The position numbers and the translations under genes are program-made. From positions 20,646,001-20,710,000 of the forward strand of contig OZ260663.1 in NCBI GenBank assembly GCA_965285935.1: 64,000 nt of DNA, written 5' to 3'. Below are positions 1 through 14,621 of the stretch, piece by piece. The notes under the pieces were generated by a model that saw only the letters and a list, made by a program, of their open reading frames with translations, did no database searches and had not been told where the DNA came from. Each line of letters opens with the position of its first letter. Position 1 is the stretch's first letter. This DNA comes from Ophelia neglecta. Its lineage: Eukaryota.

Positions 1-609
1 TAGGAACATTTTGTTTGCCTACATGCATCCTCTGCATATCTTGGCATTTTATACAAAAATGTTTCAGAATGTAGCATCCTTAATTATGTTGTTACTCAAA
101 TGCTTTACGATGCATCTGACTGTCTATCAGAAGTTTGTTATTAAGAAATTATAATAGTCTCGACGTCATTAAGTTAACAAACATGAACTACAAACGATTT
201 AGTGGCCGAAAGACGCGTTATGAGATCACCGGGCGCCTGCTAACATCTGTTTGAAACGCTCATTATCGATTAATAAGGAAGATATGTTGATGTGATATTT
301 GTAAAGATAAAACAGAAACATGTTCAGCATATGGCAAAGTGTATCCCATTATAGAATACAGGCCCATCAAAATCCATATTATTCGCAGATAAACACACAT
401 TGACAAGCATTAGAATTTTGAATTTTATCAGGGTCGGGGATGCGGCTACATCATAAGATGTTAATATACCAACTGTTCTTGACGATGCAGCCGGTTTGTC
501 AAAAGTCATAGAATTGTATAAGGTCTTATGCTTTGGTTATACCTTAATGTATTGTTTTAAATATATTGTGAGTTCGTCCATTTAAAGACACTTTAAAAAC
601 CAGCTTTAC

Positions 610-810
610 CTTGAGCCAGTCATAAAAGCTCTTGTTTATCGATCACACACATCACACAATGGCTCATCATTCAAAGGTGTAGACCATTACACAGCAGGAC
701 ACGCAGATTATGACACGACGTAAATTACTAACAAATCAACTTGAGTGCAAGCATGTGCTCATATATTTGCCTCTATTCGCAAATAAGTTCCGTCCGATTA
801 TGAAGGTAGA
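610..810 (-). promoter_or_regulatory. Conserved non-coding element, paralogous to 11875-12080; putative promoter/5' region of a further cluster paralog left of the window
   Basis: Colinear shared blocks with 11875-12080: tgagccagtcataaaag/tgagtcagtcattaaag, cacagcagg, gacgtaaatta, ttccgtccgattatga(a/t)ggtagat. Confidence 0.5.
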
Positions 811-2807
811 TATCTCATATAAACAGCTGATAGTTTAATGGAAGATACGAAATATCAGCAAATATTGGCTAAACGCTGTTTGATCATTTATATGCTAATA
901 TATGGATTTAACATTTGCCTTCAAACTGGGGTAATCGTACCCATACAATCACTGCAATAAAAATTAAAACAAAATAGCGAATATATCAAATCTTAAATCA
1001 ATATTAGTAAGCCAACTGCAAGCTATGAAGCGAATATCTATCGTACGATCGGAACACCATCTTACGGTCATCAAGTGTTGCTATCACAAGAAACAATTGA
1101 TGGAATCCAATAGTTGCATACCAATATTAGACTATCGTTTACTTGGAAATAGGTAAATGGCATAACAATTGACATACAGAATTAAAACCTACCGCTGCGT
1201 GGAAATGCCAGGATCAGGATCAGCCCATAGTTCAAACTATTCAAATCACTAAGTCCATGTTTAAAGCCTTATCAATTAAGTTTGTCCCATCTTGATCGAA
1301 ACATGCAAGCATTCTATCTATTTTTCGCTTGATGCGACTTAAACGCATCAGGCAACAAATTCCATTAAACAAATAGAAATATATATAAAGTAACAGAGGT
1401 TATATGTCATGTATGTACCTTAAACTCCACAAAAGTTCGGCAAATCGCAGTGCCGGAGGCACCTTTGGCAAATATGTCCCAGCACAGTATGTTGCCTGTA
1501 TTTGTAAGAACGAAAAATACAGGCAAAGTTACTTCAGCCGTGATGATTATTGTCATGATACTGTTAGTCCTACAGCAGTTGTACGCAATAGCTGCAACAA
1601 CATTTTCGTCTTCGGCGTCCTCCTCCAACACTGAATATGCGTTCTGCAATATTCTGTTTCGTAAATCCTACACGACTGCTTTGATGTGGGTATGCGCTTG
1701 CGCGATTGATGTGCTCACATGTTGGATTTGATTTTCGCACGCTTCCTTTAAAATCGATGACCTGGTTAAGAGGCTTTGAGGCCATTTTGGTATGGAAACA
1801 ATAGTAGAGCACGCGTTTAAAAACACATATAAGATATATCAGGACTGTTGGCTCGAAAAAGGAAATCGTTTGAATAAGATACATATATCTTCGGAGCAAG
1901 TTGACCCCTAATTATTCATACTTGACCATCAATGGCTGAACAGCATACTGCCATAGGAATTTTGGTAATTCGGAGACAAAAGAAAAAAAAGGAATTCCTG
2001 TTAATTCAGCTTAAACTTAACGATTGTGTTTTGCGCTAACGCCGACAAAATGAACACTAACGTGTTATCTCCAGATGGGTGATTGGATTTCATTTATTGG
2101 GTTTATTATAAGTTTATCGTGCCTCGGTGTCATTAACTCGCTACGTCTATATACATATTTAAACACCATGCGCTACATTTTCCGTAACCATGCGTATATC
2201 TGTGCGATACATTTCAGTAGGGGAGCAATTCAAATAAAGAAAAGAAAAGTGCTTTTAATCCAAACTATATGAATAATGTCACCTGTTTATATTTCAATTA
2301 TTTATAATCTTAGTGTTCTCGGTCCCTGGTGCATCCAGCCTCAAAGCCCTCGGTAATTTTACCTATTGATCTACGGAGAAGGTTATTCATGAAGACGGCA
2401 CGTTTAATTGATTGGCACTAAGCCAAAATCTATAAATTTAATATTCTAATGTGTCCGAGGTTTGTTCGTGATCATTGGATGATATAAAGATAAAATAGCA
2501 TTTGTTCTCTTCATTATATGTTTATTAATTCATATATACACTGAGCTGGAGTAGAACGATGGATAGAACCCTTTTTCGAAAGTACCTGGTACCGATCACT
2601 GTTCATCCTTTATTATAAACTACAGCTTAGCATACAATCTAAATTATGAATATCACTATAATCATAATAAAAAAAGTGCTCACTGTTTAAAAAATTCCAG
2701 GTGAAACTCTTTGCTTAATACAAGGATTATTTATTATATCAGATATAGATTAGAATATTCTCAAACAACTAATTCAATATGAAATTGCCTTACTAAACTT
2801 TGCTGAA

Positions 2808-2886
2808 AAAGTTGCGTCTGACGGAGCTCATAAAAACACATTGATGATGTAAAGTTGCGTCTGAGAGGGCACATAAAAACACATTT
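2808..2886. repeat. Two-copy ~43-bp tandem duplication
   Basis: aaagttgcgtctga...cataaaaacacatt occurs twice in tandem. Confidence 0.8.
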
Positions 2887-3029
2887 CTTAAAACAGAATA
2901 CTGTTTAATAAATGTAAGCAATAGAAAAGTTTTCTTTTCACACATTGAATGTCGAGTTTACCATACAAGGAGTGCAACCCAGTCTGTCGATCTACTTTAC
3001 TTCCTAATCGATAACATTTCAGTCCAGGT

Positions 3030-3340
3030 AAGTAGTGAGGTGTTTCGTCAACCTAGTGGTATTCCAATGGGAACCAGCTGCGCTTCTTTGGTTGCAGATC
3101 TGTATCTATTCACTTAGGAATACGATTGTATTACCAATTTGCTGAGTGGTGATAACTTGCACATAACCAGGAAAAAATCTTCTTTTAGTTAGATATATGA
3201 TTTGTTTTCTTTTTAAAACAAATACTTTAGGGAATATGCCAGTGAAATTTATCCCCCATTTTTAGGACTTTACGATACCACAGACAGCCTCAATGGTTGT
3301 TCATAATTGGATTTATTTTTCCTTTAAAGACCAAAATAAC
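3030..3340 (+). mobile_element. Degenerate Penelope-like retroelement RT fragment
   Basis: Translates as VFRQPSGIPMGTSCASLVADLYLFT*EYD, then remnants of RYIDD and IYPPEL..DTT..SCSYLDL. This matches the GIPMGTNCAPLLADLFLYSYE signature of Penelope-like RTs; stops and frameshifts are present. Confidence 0.7.
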
Positions 3341-6300
3341 CTTTGTAGTTCAAGTCTTCACGTGACAGTTAGAGTAATGGTAGGTTTTGTGCCTGAGATA
3401 CATTCAGGTAATTCTGCCTCTTCGGGCAATAGCCATAATCAAAAAAAAACAAAGAGTGCGTTTAATAATGTTATAGATATTCCCAATTGGCTAAGTGTTT
3501 TTTAGAAAACCGGAAGAGGCCGGAACAAAAAGTAATTTACTTGTTGTATGAAATGATAACATGTCCCGCCTTTTCCAACAATAAATGAGTCAGGTGGATA
3601 GCACTTTTAATATGGGAGAAGGGCTGTACACAGTCAAGCAAATTACAAATATAGTATCTGTGTGATAGGTAACAATTAACCGAGATTAATAGAGAACAAA
3701 AAGGAAAAACAAGAATATTCCAAAATGTAATTGTTTTTTTTAAAGTTATGTGCATTGTTAATATATATACTCCAGTGCAACTCGACTACGGTATCCTGCC
3801 ATTCTCTTTTGGATCAGACTACATCTTTCTGTGTGTGCCATCAATTGGTGGTTTCTGTGGGTGTACATTGAATGACTAGAAGATTCAATTAATTGATGAT
3901 ATATGTATATCATGTCCAACCATCATGCATAGAAAGTGCTTGCGAAAGTGCCCATAGTGATATTTAAGTGTACATTCGTGTAGGATTCGGCAAATTATGT
4001 TCGGTTTCCTTTTTTATGGGCAATTGGCTATTGGTTATAATTTTGTCTGCGATAGAAACAAACTATTGCTTCACCCAGTATCAATTATTTGCAGGTGCTC
4101 AAGCCGCGCAACCCATGTCATGTTATTGACAATGTGTTGTAGCACAGAGACTGCTGATGTGTATAGACGACATGTCGGGTAACAAGATGACATAACCCAC
4201 CATAAAACCGATACCAATCTAGATTTACGACAACATGTAATATTTAAATGGCGGATCAACTTGTGATGAGTGCGTTGCTAGGATAATATCCAGGCAGCCT
4301 GTATTTGTTCTAATTCACCGGACAAATTATCGCCTACATGTATATGGTTTGACTGATTAGGAGTGAAAGTGCGAATATCCATAAAACAAGGTCAGAGAAA
4401 CGCCAACCAAATAAAATAACATTCACTGGGCTTAGTTGTCTAAGTTGTCTTCTTACTGCAACAATCCTATTTCCCCAGCGTACTTCGAGAATTATTTTTC
4501 TTTGAAAGAGCATGTTCCTCCCTGTCTGACTTTTTCTGGAGACATATGACACTGGTGTCTGAACTACAAAGGTTCAGTCAGAATACAAATGGTCGCGTCC
4601 ATTACTATATTGTTTATATTTTATTTTGGCCAATTATTAACCTATCCGGACGTGTCAGCGAGTTACCGTTAGGATTAAACCCAGTAAACGTCTCTGTGGT
4701 GCTGGGTTGGCGGGTGGGTTATCCGCCATTGCTTATGATAAGTAAAAGTCAAATTTATTGACTAAATTAAAGTAATCACCAAAGCTCTAAACATGACAAC
4801 TCACACAAAACTTCGTTGGTTCAGACCAATGAAAGTAGCCTAGACATTGTCCTGGTTTGTTTCACATTGAATGTGCAAGGAACAACCCCAGCCAATCTCG
4901 AATTCAGGAGTATATTCTTACAAAGTTTGTAAAAACAGGTAGCCAGATATTTTATGATTTTGGGTACACAAATAATGCCGATTAGTTTGTCCTCTTCCAG
5001 CAAAGATAACCAATGTATTTAAACTATGCCGTTTAGTAAAAGTAAACATGCCGGAAACAATATTTGTATTTTTGTTTACCGGAAATGCTGGCATGGATAT
5101 GGATTTTCATACATGCGCGGATCGGCTAATTGTGCAATTAATTATGGTCTCACGTGAAGCAGCTTCCGAGAACGTCCCAGACTAGTATTGTTAAAGGTTG
5201 AAAAGGGACTGCTTTATGTTACATAAAACCAAGCCCTTGGTTATTTGGTAACATCCAATGGAACTATAGTGCATTGGTTACCTGAATAAAAAGAATAATA
5301 ATAGATTGATCAATGTGCTTATAAAACACTGCAACTTGATTCTATCGCTATTCTTTCCACCAAGGACGAAAGCATTTATTATACATGAATATACTAAAAA
5401 AAACACGAAAAAGCGCCGTTTGTTCGTGAAATTGGACGAGTAGGCCATGAATATATTATGCGTCTCCACGATAAATCGAATGGAAAGGAATATCTCAATC
5501 TTGAACATTGCCCCACTCTTTAACAAGAATGAATTTCTTGGGAGTTTATGTTACCCGAATACTATTTTGTTTTAACTATAGTTTGTGGCTTCTTGTTCTC
5601 CGTCATAAATCAAAATGTCGATGTAAATGCAAAAAAAAATGCCTCGATTCTATCCGTGATGCTATCACTGACATTGCCTTTGGGGCAGCCCAATCTTGCC
5701 AGAGCAGTCACAGTTTTATTACTGAGATAATTATAAGATAAAGTAAACCTATAGCGTCTGGGACGTGAAACCTATTTTGATAGCAATAAATTATGCTTCT
5801 GGTTGCTCACTAAGTATACTCTCATCGTTATGGATTTAACTCCAGGGGAATGCCAGTCTTTCCTTCTTTACTATCTCCCCTTTCTCATGTGTTTTTAAAT
5901 CGGCCTAGAGTGTTTATTTATATCGATGGATCAGGCATATCTGTGACCTCCGATCCCTTACAAATAACAATAACACTATACATTGGTAAAGAGACCCTCA
6001 TGTTCATATCAGATCATAAATCTCTAAACTGTCAAAACAGTGCCTCCATTTCTCATTAAAAATGAACACTTCATAATACACACTATCATTGAGTACAAAG
6101 CGTACAAAGTCGTAAACAAAAACAAGCTTTATATTCTATCAGATGCAAAACGGGACAAGGAAAGTAAATGGTAGATAATGAAAAAAAATAGCATGATATT
6201 GACGTGTATTGTAATTGCACGGCATCATGTTTTTTCTATATAAATATCTAATGACCTAATCTTAACAAAACTAAGACATGTGAAAGCCTTACACCTATAA

Positions 6301-8829
6301 AAAATTCATTGATTTCCCCTTTTTAGATGTGGAACTTCACATGTTTTGATGAGATAATCTACCAGAACACCAGATAATCTGAATCGATAGCCATGCTATT
6401 TGAACTGAAAAAGATTTAAAAGACATTTGTGCAAGAATCGAGCCTTGGCCTTCAGCCAAGTTAGCATGGTGGCCGTTTTAATACATTTATAGCTATAAAA
6501 ACTTGTCCATCGTATTCCCTCCAGTTATGAAGGCTATGCTAGGGAAAGATCGATTATATCTCAATGAAGCTCTTCTTTCCCGTTTTTTCCAACGTCTGTG
6601 TTTTCGGTATTATCAGCTACCATTATAATCTTCATATATCCGCTTGAATCCCCCTACCGACCAATTTTTCATTGCCCAGCAATCAATACAAGGAAAGCAC
6701 AGTTAGCTGTTATAAAACATGCACAGGATCTGAATTCAGCTAGTATAGTGACGCTATGTAAGACTTGCTACTTTTCTTTTGTAGTTGAAAGTGTGCTTTA
6801 ATGTAGGTACTGCATTACAAAGGCTTGTAACGGGTATTATATCTTCAAGCGGTGTTTCCTTTTGAATTTTTCATCCAGAAAATATCAAGCAATTCAAACA
6901 ACATCTAAGAGTCAGTAGGATTTGCTGGTAGTTGGGTTCACATGACATATGCTACCATAGGCTAGACGTGATTGAAGCTTAGATCAAGTGCTTTATGATG
7001 AGGAAGTGAATGGGTTTTAGGTCCAGTCGTCATTATTTGTTATTCATATGAGTTTGTTGAGTTTTTTAGACGTCCTTAGAATATTTGGTCAAGTTTTCCT
7101 ATCTTTTCCAGCTTTTAAGCCCGGCTCGAACCATGAACCTTTCGACACCGCGCTATCCTTAGAGCGACTGAAACTACCCTTTGATCTTGTACTGCTCATA
7201 AATTATCATGTAAATAAATAAAGGAATGGTTCTATTGTCAAGCTCGTTTGGGGAGAAACTATCCCTAAAACTAAGTGGATTGGAAAGTGCACGTTCAATG
7301 GCAGTTTATTTATATAATCATATTGAGTGATCATGTGATAAAAGTAGTTAAATAACTGATCACGTGACCCAAACGTTCCCTATCAAAGCTGTGGAACAAT
7401 CCACCTGGATAACGCAGTTCTAGCATAGTTAAAGATAAGTATGTAAGAAGACCACTGCCAGTGAGTTAAAGTTGGAAAACTTGTAAATAATTTTCAAATT
7501 ACGATTCTATAAATAATCAACACTATCAGGTAGTAAATTTCCAGTAGAAAGAAATTTCCATGAGACGAAAAGGATCTTATGACAAAACACATAATAAACG
7601 CATACGAAGGCGTGTGTCTGGTCGCGATTTACAGCCATCCGGGCGGCTGGGTTGTCCCGACAGTCTCCACCAGGCGTGCGCATGGCCTGGTCACTTGCTG
7701 GGTGAGGAGGAACGCCTAGAGGCTCTGTCCAATAACAGACGCGGCCATAAGGCGGCCTTGGAGCTTGAACAGTAGTGATGCAATGTAACTGATACAAACA
7801 AGGAAATTGGGATCCGAAAGCCCATAAAATTAAGGCTCGGAAAACACGCCATAAGTATTCATTTAAACTATACATGGACCAACTTTCCCTTTTCCTTGCG
7901 ATGAATAAATACACTTATTCAAATTCACGGATTTCTTTGTTTCGCAGCAAATGTTTAATACCCACAAGTGTGAATCCTTTATAGGTAGACTATTATGACG
8001 GCGGTCCCAATTAAAAACAATGTATGTCATATCCGAAACTTATGAAATAGATTTGTGTACACTGCCTCATTTTATTCTGCACAATTTTGACATTGAACAG
8101 TCAGGAACTTAGATAATGTTCTTATCGCATCATCACGAAACAATGTGTTGGCTAATTCCGTGTCTAGTTACTGAGTCATTCAAATGTTTTGCGTGATACG
8201 TAATTGTCTGTTGACACTGTGATAATAATGAGTGCTGGGAGTCAGCCATAACTCTGCAGTTTGTGCAATCGATCATAACTTTACATCATCGTGATAGTGT
8301 GTACGAGTTAAATAAGGATGCTTAGCTATTACAAATAACGCGGCGCCATCTTTCGTTCTCGATCGATCATTTAATTCTTCACACTGAGAAACCGCACTGC
8401 ATTAACTATCGCGTGCACAATGTGAACCAATAAAAAGCTATCATCATGCTATGTTTCACAATAGTGCAGGGAAAAAAAATTCCCAGAATAAAATACCGGT
8501 GGTGACAGCAACCCAATGGGTCTCTTACTGACTATATGACTCCACTAGAGTACACTTCTTTCACACGGCTGTCATGTGCACAATAACTTGGTTCCCTGAG
8601 GAGACAGAAACTGTTATGTTACAGACGAAGATACATCTCCTAAACAGGAAGCAGGAAGCCATTTCTGTGGGACGACTTGTTTCTCCAGACTTTTTGGGAA
8701 TCGTTGACTAATTTGACATTTAATACGTGGGTTCCGGTGGCGATTTCATTGCAAATGAGGCAACAGGTGTTTTGTAATCAACAACAATGTCGTCGTTCTT
8801 GCCTTCGATATCCTCATAAGTCTCAGATG

Positions 8830-9224
8830 AAATTTGGAGACTTTACGCTCTCGCAACTGCCCTTGTTTTTTTTCAAGGATTGTCCTAACATCCGTTCTTT
8901 GGCTAAGCTTTGTAGTTAGAATATCATTTTATTGACCCCAAAATAATTCGTCGCTCTGCAAGGGTCGTTTCGAAAGTTAGGAATTTTTTTAGAACGCCGC
9001 CTTTTCTTCAATCTCTTCCTTTTCACGTTTGAGGTACATGATAATGGCAACAAAAGTTCCTGTTTAATAAAACAGCAGCAATATCACGATGTAGAGAAGG
9101 GCATGTCAATCTTGATCAGCCAGATGTTCTAGTCTTGTCTTGACCGTGTCTTTAATCTTAATCAGTTTACGAATTATAACCATGGCTCTGCTCAAACAGG
9201 GAGGGACAATTTTGATTCAGACAT
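8830..9224 (-). pseudogene. Pseudogene of the KCNE-like single-pass membrane protein family (copy C)
   Basis: Minus strand reads LADQD*HALLYIVILLLFY*TGTFVAIIMYLKREKEEIEEKAAF*, then after a +1 slip in an A run NFRNDPCRATNYFGVNKMIF*LQSL. Clearly homologous to copies A and B. Stops at 9106-9108, 9064-9066 and 8989-8991. Confidence 0.9.
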
Positions 9225-11707
9225 TGTGAATAACGAGAAATATCGTGTTGAATATCAAGCAGCCCCTTTCTATAGCTGCCCAAATGCTATTGATTATCTA
9301 GGGGCAATTGTTGCAGTACATAACCAATGTTTAGTCTCTAGTCGGCGAGCTATTGGTTGATAAAGTGGTCATGTGGGTCCAGCAGTAGGTGCAAATGACC
9401 CATTAGCGGCTGGCTAAAGTGCTCTGCCATTTTGTTTATCACCGGATTTTCAGACTGCTGAAAACATTAAGTCAGCAAGTGTGCTTTATTGGGGTATAAA
9501 ATAATTCTGTGACAGCTGGGCGGGCTATTGACCAGGATGAAGGGACTGGCCTTCAATTCATCATATTGCAACAAACACAATTTCCCAATATAATGCATTC
9601 AATATCACACGACTCCGATAATATCGTAATGCAAATATAACAATAATTATGGATATATATTACAACAGAGGTCTGAAATCTTTTAACTCGAGATTAATTT
9701 CGTATGTGGAGCTAATTTCATGTGCATGTTTAGTGACCTACTGGCATCAGATTTGGCCACCTATGTTTCTAGCTGACTGGCACGAGGACACTACTGATGG
9801 TCCGACCTGAATAGCATGATCATAGTTCTTATTTGTTGCCAATTATCGTTCAATCACAGTGAATTATTTATTTTACAGAACTAAAGGCCTAATTTAACTT
9901 ATGCCAATGACCATGGCTACTGGTAAATGTGTATAAGCCACTGTATTAACTGTGGGTGTCGTATTTGCTTGTTATTCACGAGTTAAAGCATAATACACTT
10001 GTACCAAGAGAATTATCAATGCACGACAGACATACCTGGACCTCCCATCAAACTTAAACGCCCAACTATGAACACGAAAGTGAACAACAACGATTTGGCT
10101 TCCATGGTTTAATGCGTTGGATTGGACGAATCTCCATTTTATCATCCGATTTGAAAAATGATTCAGCCATGCGTCATCTCCTTAAAGCCCAATGAAACAA
10201 AAAACTTAACCTCAATGAGAAAGGCACATTATAAAAGATGAATTGCGCTAAGACATTTAGGAAAAGTACTCTCTGTATAAGATGTCGGTGATGACAGAGA
10301 CTAATACAATAACCCTACCCTAAATACATCATGGACGCTATTCCCTTGTTTTTTCTCATTAATCTAGTGTTTTAATCCAGTATTTTTTCACGCTGACATA
10401 TTGCTTAAACATACCAATGGAACAATCAGGAGAATGTCAACACTCTATACAAACAAACTGTAATCGGCGAGACGTAATATGTCTTCACACATCATGGCGA
10501 CAATAGTATCTATGTAATACCAATATAATATTAATCAAAATGACTTTAATTATTATACTCACTGCCATCTAACGGGTAATAGACTGTCATATGAATCAGA
10601 AGACAATGCACACAAAAGAGATACATATCAAATCAATGCTCATTAGGATGTTTTGTGTCAAATTCGGATGTTTTCTTTTTCACAAGAGATATGCCTAAAT
10701 TTGTATATATCTTCCGGACTTCGCTTCTGTAATCTCAACATCACACGGCCCTTAGCTGTTGTCGATTGATTTTCATTTGTCTGATGTTTTTTTTTTTCAA
10801 ATCTAGGGCTTAAAGTGATTAGCACATAATCTCTACTTATTAACTTCGGTAAATGAACATACCCATACTTAATTTGAAATCTTCTGGATTGCAAAATACG
10901 AAATGGTAACAGGGCGGCCACTTGCAGAGATTGACAGACACAGATACCTATTTAATTCATGCATGCCTCATGTATAGCCTTGACTGTATAAATCAATAAT
11001 CTACATTCAACAGTATGCGGTTCTTACGATCAATTTGTCCAACTCATTGGTATGTTTTTTCATTCATCTGTAGTGGTCATCCACTCAGATTTTATTGCCA
11101 GAGCCATTATGAACAGAGAGTAAGTGAAGTGTTAGCATGTATATTAACTTATCGAGAACAAAATGAAAAGATCGATGCTGAGAGCCATATTATATGTTCA
11201 TTGCCATGCAGATTACCTAGGTTATAGGAACGAGCTAGGCCGCGACTGTCGGTAGCTTAATACAAGCACATGATTTCCAGTCAGAGGCTCATTATTTAGC
11301 CTTTTCAGACATAGAGTAAAATAAAATAACAAGAATTCTACATTATCTTGACTTCCTTCACTAACTTTAAAAAAATGAAAAAAAAATGATTACGGAGGTA
11401 TTTCCTATCTCCATACTTAATTGCATACGAGTGCCTAGCACGATCTGATTTAGAGCAGCAGACGATAAGGTACCTAATCCTCACGTGATCTGATTTCTTA
11501 TGACTTCCTAAAGGATGCAAGTTTAGAAACTTCGAAAACTACACAAAAATATCGATCAGACCCACCTTTCATTTGCTCTACATGCCACTTTTCAAACCAA
11601 ATAGTGTCACTACCGGATTCGTTGAGCTTTATGCTAAAATATCATTCCTAATAATATTATACTAAACTACCCTTCGTAATAGTATTGTGTACACAGTGAA
11701 TGAATTT

Positions 11708-12080
11708 ACTCACCAACTGTGAGACCGTCCATTCCGATTTTCTAAAAGTATCACCGTCTGAAATCAATATGTGAGATTTCCTTTTAATGTATCGTTATGG
11801 AAATATACGTGTATGCTTATGGGCATGTTCATTCCAATGAAAACATTGCAGCAACAATACAGAGAGACAAATGATGAGTCAGTCATTAAAGGTTGGTGCA
11901 TATCGATTTCACAGCTATTCAAGACACAGTTTAATTCAATAGTATTGATCGTTCCACAGCAGGGCAGACATGCGGTTGTGACGTAAATTATCAAAGTGAC
12001 CGGCTTGTTCCATTAGAGCACGTGCGAATGAGTGGCTGAGTTAACAATCCAATTCCGTCCGATTATGATGGTAGATTGCA
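11708..12080 (-). promoter_or_regulatory. Putative non-coding upstream exon (donor G|GTGAGT at 11713) and promoter-like conserved element of pseudogene C
   Basis: tactcaccaactg...gtccatt resembles the donor region upstream of copy A (tactcaccagttgtccatt, 15793). 11875-12080 is paralogous to 610-810. Confidence 0.45.
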
Positions 12081-14621
12081 CATATATGCACGAAACAAAT
12101 TATCTCGAACAATACATGTATTCACCTACAAAAGAGGACTGCAATATGTGTACTATAATATACTCTTCGAACAAGTCCGTATAACAATGGCGGGATTTTA
12201 ATGAGCATTGGATAATAATAATTATGGTCAATAGTATAACAATGATTCACCTTCAGAAGGATGGGACCTTCCCTTGTGTCATGCGGTTAAAACCTTTTCA
12301 GTACATCAATAGAATTGTACATCAACCCTTAACATTCCCAACCACACACACACGCTCTAAAAATGTTTCAGACTCAAAAAACTGGAAAGTACTTGAGATG
12401 GTGAGATCAGTAAGTTCCTTTGGATCGCATTTTATTCGGCATTGCCATGGTGACTATACATATATTACTATTCAAATAAAAGTTAAGCAGTGTTCATGCA
12501 AAGCCTATATCGTTACATCCCAGTTATTTTACTCCTGTAGCGCTGGTAAGTTTAGCGCTATTTTTATAACAGTGTTGTTGTCACCATTTTACTGTGAATA
12601 AAAAAGTAAAGGCCACTAGGTTGCAATGCCAGGATTATTCGTGGTAAGTTTTTCCCATCTTACGATGTCTCTAGCACCAAAACCAACGATCAGGACTGGT
12701 GGAATTCCATTCTCAGTATCATATACTACTTAACCCCAACGAATGTACTTTGTTATTCAATCCAGGATGGTTCAAGTCTGAAAAAGAAGAGTATGTGACA
12801 GGATCCAAGTGTTAACATAATTACCAAAAGAATATTTACGGCTTATTTACAGGTAGCGAGCTGATGGTGGTTTATGTGCTTGTGGATGACTATGTAATCA
12901 CAGCAACGCTCTCTTTACCTTTGCATTGCCTTCATCATAATTGCGCTCTTCATATTCAACCTGATAAAACAAATTCCTACTTAATAAAACGGCAATGCAG
13001 CTTAAACAATCAATATCATTATTAACAGGAGCGCCTCTTTGTCCTTTATTTCACAATCTCGTCAACACAGCTTTTGATAGCACAATGCGCTATTAAATTG
13101 TCTGCTTGATTGGGTACTCTGAAAGGAGGACAATTACAAGTTATACATTCGAACCTGAATCACCTATTTATCTCACAAAATATCTGAAGATCAATGACTG
13201 TGAGTTTGAATAGTCAGTGAATCAACTAGTTAGTTTCCTAGACAATAGAAAAAAGTCATCAAATAAAGAGAGCCGTGGAATGTGCTAGAATAAAACTGGG
13301 GGATGGGTGGGTGAAAGAACATGGTGTTATTGGAAAGAACAGAGTGTTATTGGAAAGGTTTTTTAGGGTGGGGGATTAAAGATTTGATGTAACGGGGTTC
13401 AATTGTCTCTCGGTGCATATCTTTTCCTGAATAATAAGTACTTACAATTGCTTTTCTTTAGAGCATAAATTTATCTTTAAGGAACAGATTACTATGGATA
13501 TTGTGAATTTCCCCAGGGAATGAAGAAGATGAAAGTTACCAGTTTAAAAGTAACTGGGGCAAAAACTAAGAATAAATAATAACCTGGAAGTGAAAATAAG
13601 TAATTGTCTACAGGACCATCACATGTTATCTTTTAAAACCAATTTCTCTCAGCTAGCAACATAAAACTAAAATAAAAAGATTGTTGTTATCGTTGATGAT
13701 TAATGATGTGTACACAACCAATTGTCCACCAGCTGTATCCTTGCAAGTGGACCACCTATTGGTTTGAATGCCTCGGGCGTACAGCGCTGCTGTAAAATTT
13801 ACTACCAACTCGGGACTGACAAGTCAACGCCAAGCTGATCCTGCTGCAATTTTCGATTACAATATAACATAAAAATTGTTCCGCATTGGGGAAAAGGTGG
13901 TGAGAAAGCGCCAACGATGTAAGCAAAAGTTCTGTAGCAAACGTGAGTTTCGACAACCGCTCCCTCCTAATTGATGACCAAAACCCACTCTCCCTTGAGT
14001 TTGATGCTGGTTTGAGTAATATATCTGGCGTGATGTTTAGAATTACGCAATAAGCTATCGGAGAGAGCACGGAAGTCGATATCCAGAAGACAAACCAAAT
14101 AGTAAATCGATACAATTCTATCAAACCAAGCATGAATTGTCAGCAACCTTGGCTGCAGACTCACAAACATAACACCCACATCTCACAGTTTAAATTATAG
14201 TGTAATGAAATCCAGGCATACAACCAAGAATACCAAGAAGTAAATGGTTATTTATTGTCGAATTGTATCCAATACAACTCCTGGGATCTTCAAGATTATT
14301 CCGTGACACGATTAACCTTTTTGAATCTTACATGTTTTGTTTGCAAGAGGGGATCGTTCTGTCATTCACAGTTAGCTACTCAGAGTAGAAATAAGAGTGG
14401 AACTAAAATCAGTATTCCTTTAACAATGAATGTCACTCACCATTAAGACAATTTCGTTTATTGAGGACGATTACCTTTTTTAAAGTGCTCGGTACAAACC
14501 ATCTCCATAACGGACTCTTGAACAATAGAAATTAGTAATCCAGTAGAAACGTGCCGTGTGTTTTTAAATGTTTGCTCTAAGGCCACGAGGTAATGTATGT
14601 ATTGATTTTAAAGGTGTAATT

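Noticed and set aside
1404-1899. Overlapping short ORFs, one with a hydrophobic stretch (AVMIIVMILLVLQQLYAIA)
   Set aside because: No recognisable family and no similarity to the KCNE-like core; consistent with chance ORFs or a repeat fragment.
7110-7175. tRNA-like B-box (GGTTCGAGCC on minus); also an A-box-like TGGTTGAGTGG at ~27017
   Set aside because: No cloverleaf can be folded; at most decayed SINE heads.
7507-7914. GC-richer island with 135-aa and 71-aa ORFs, possibly an LTR piece
   Set aside because: No protein motif, partner LTR, PBS or TSD was identified.
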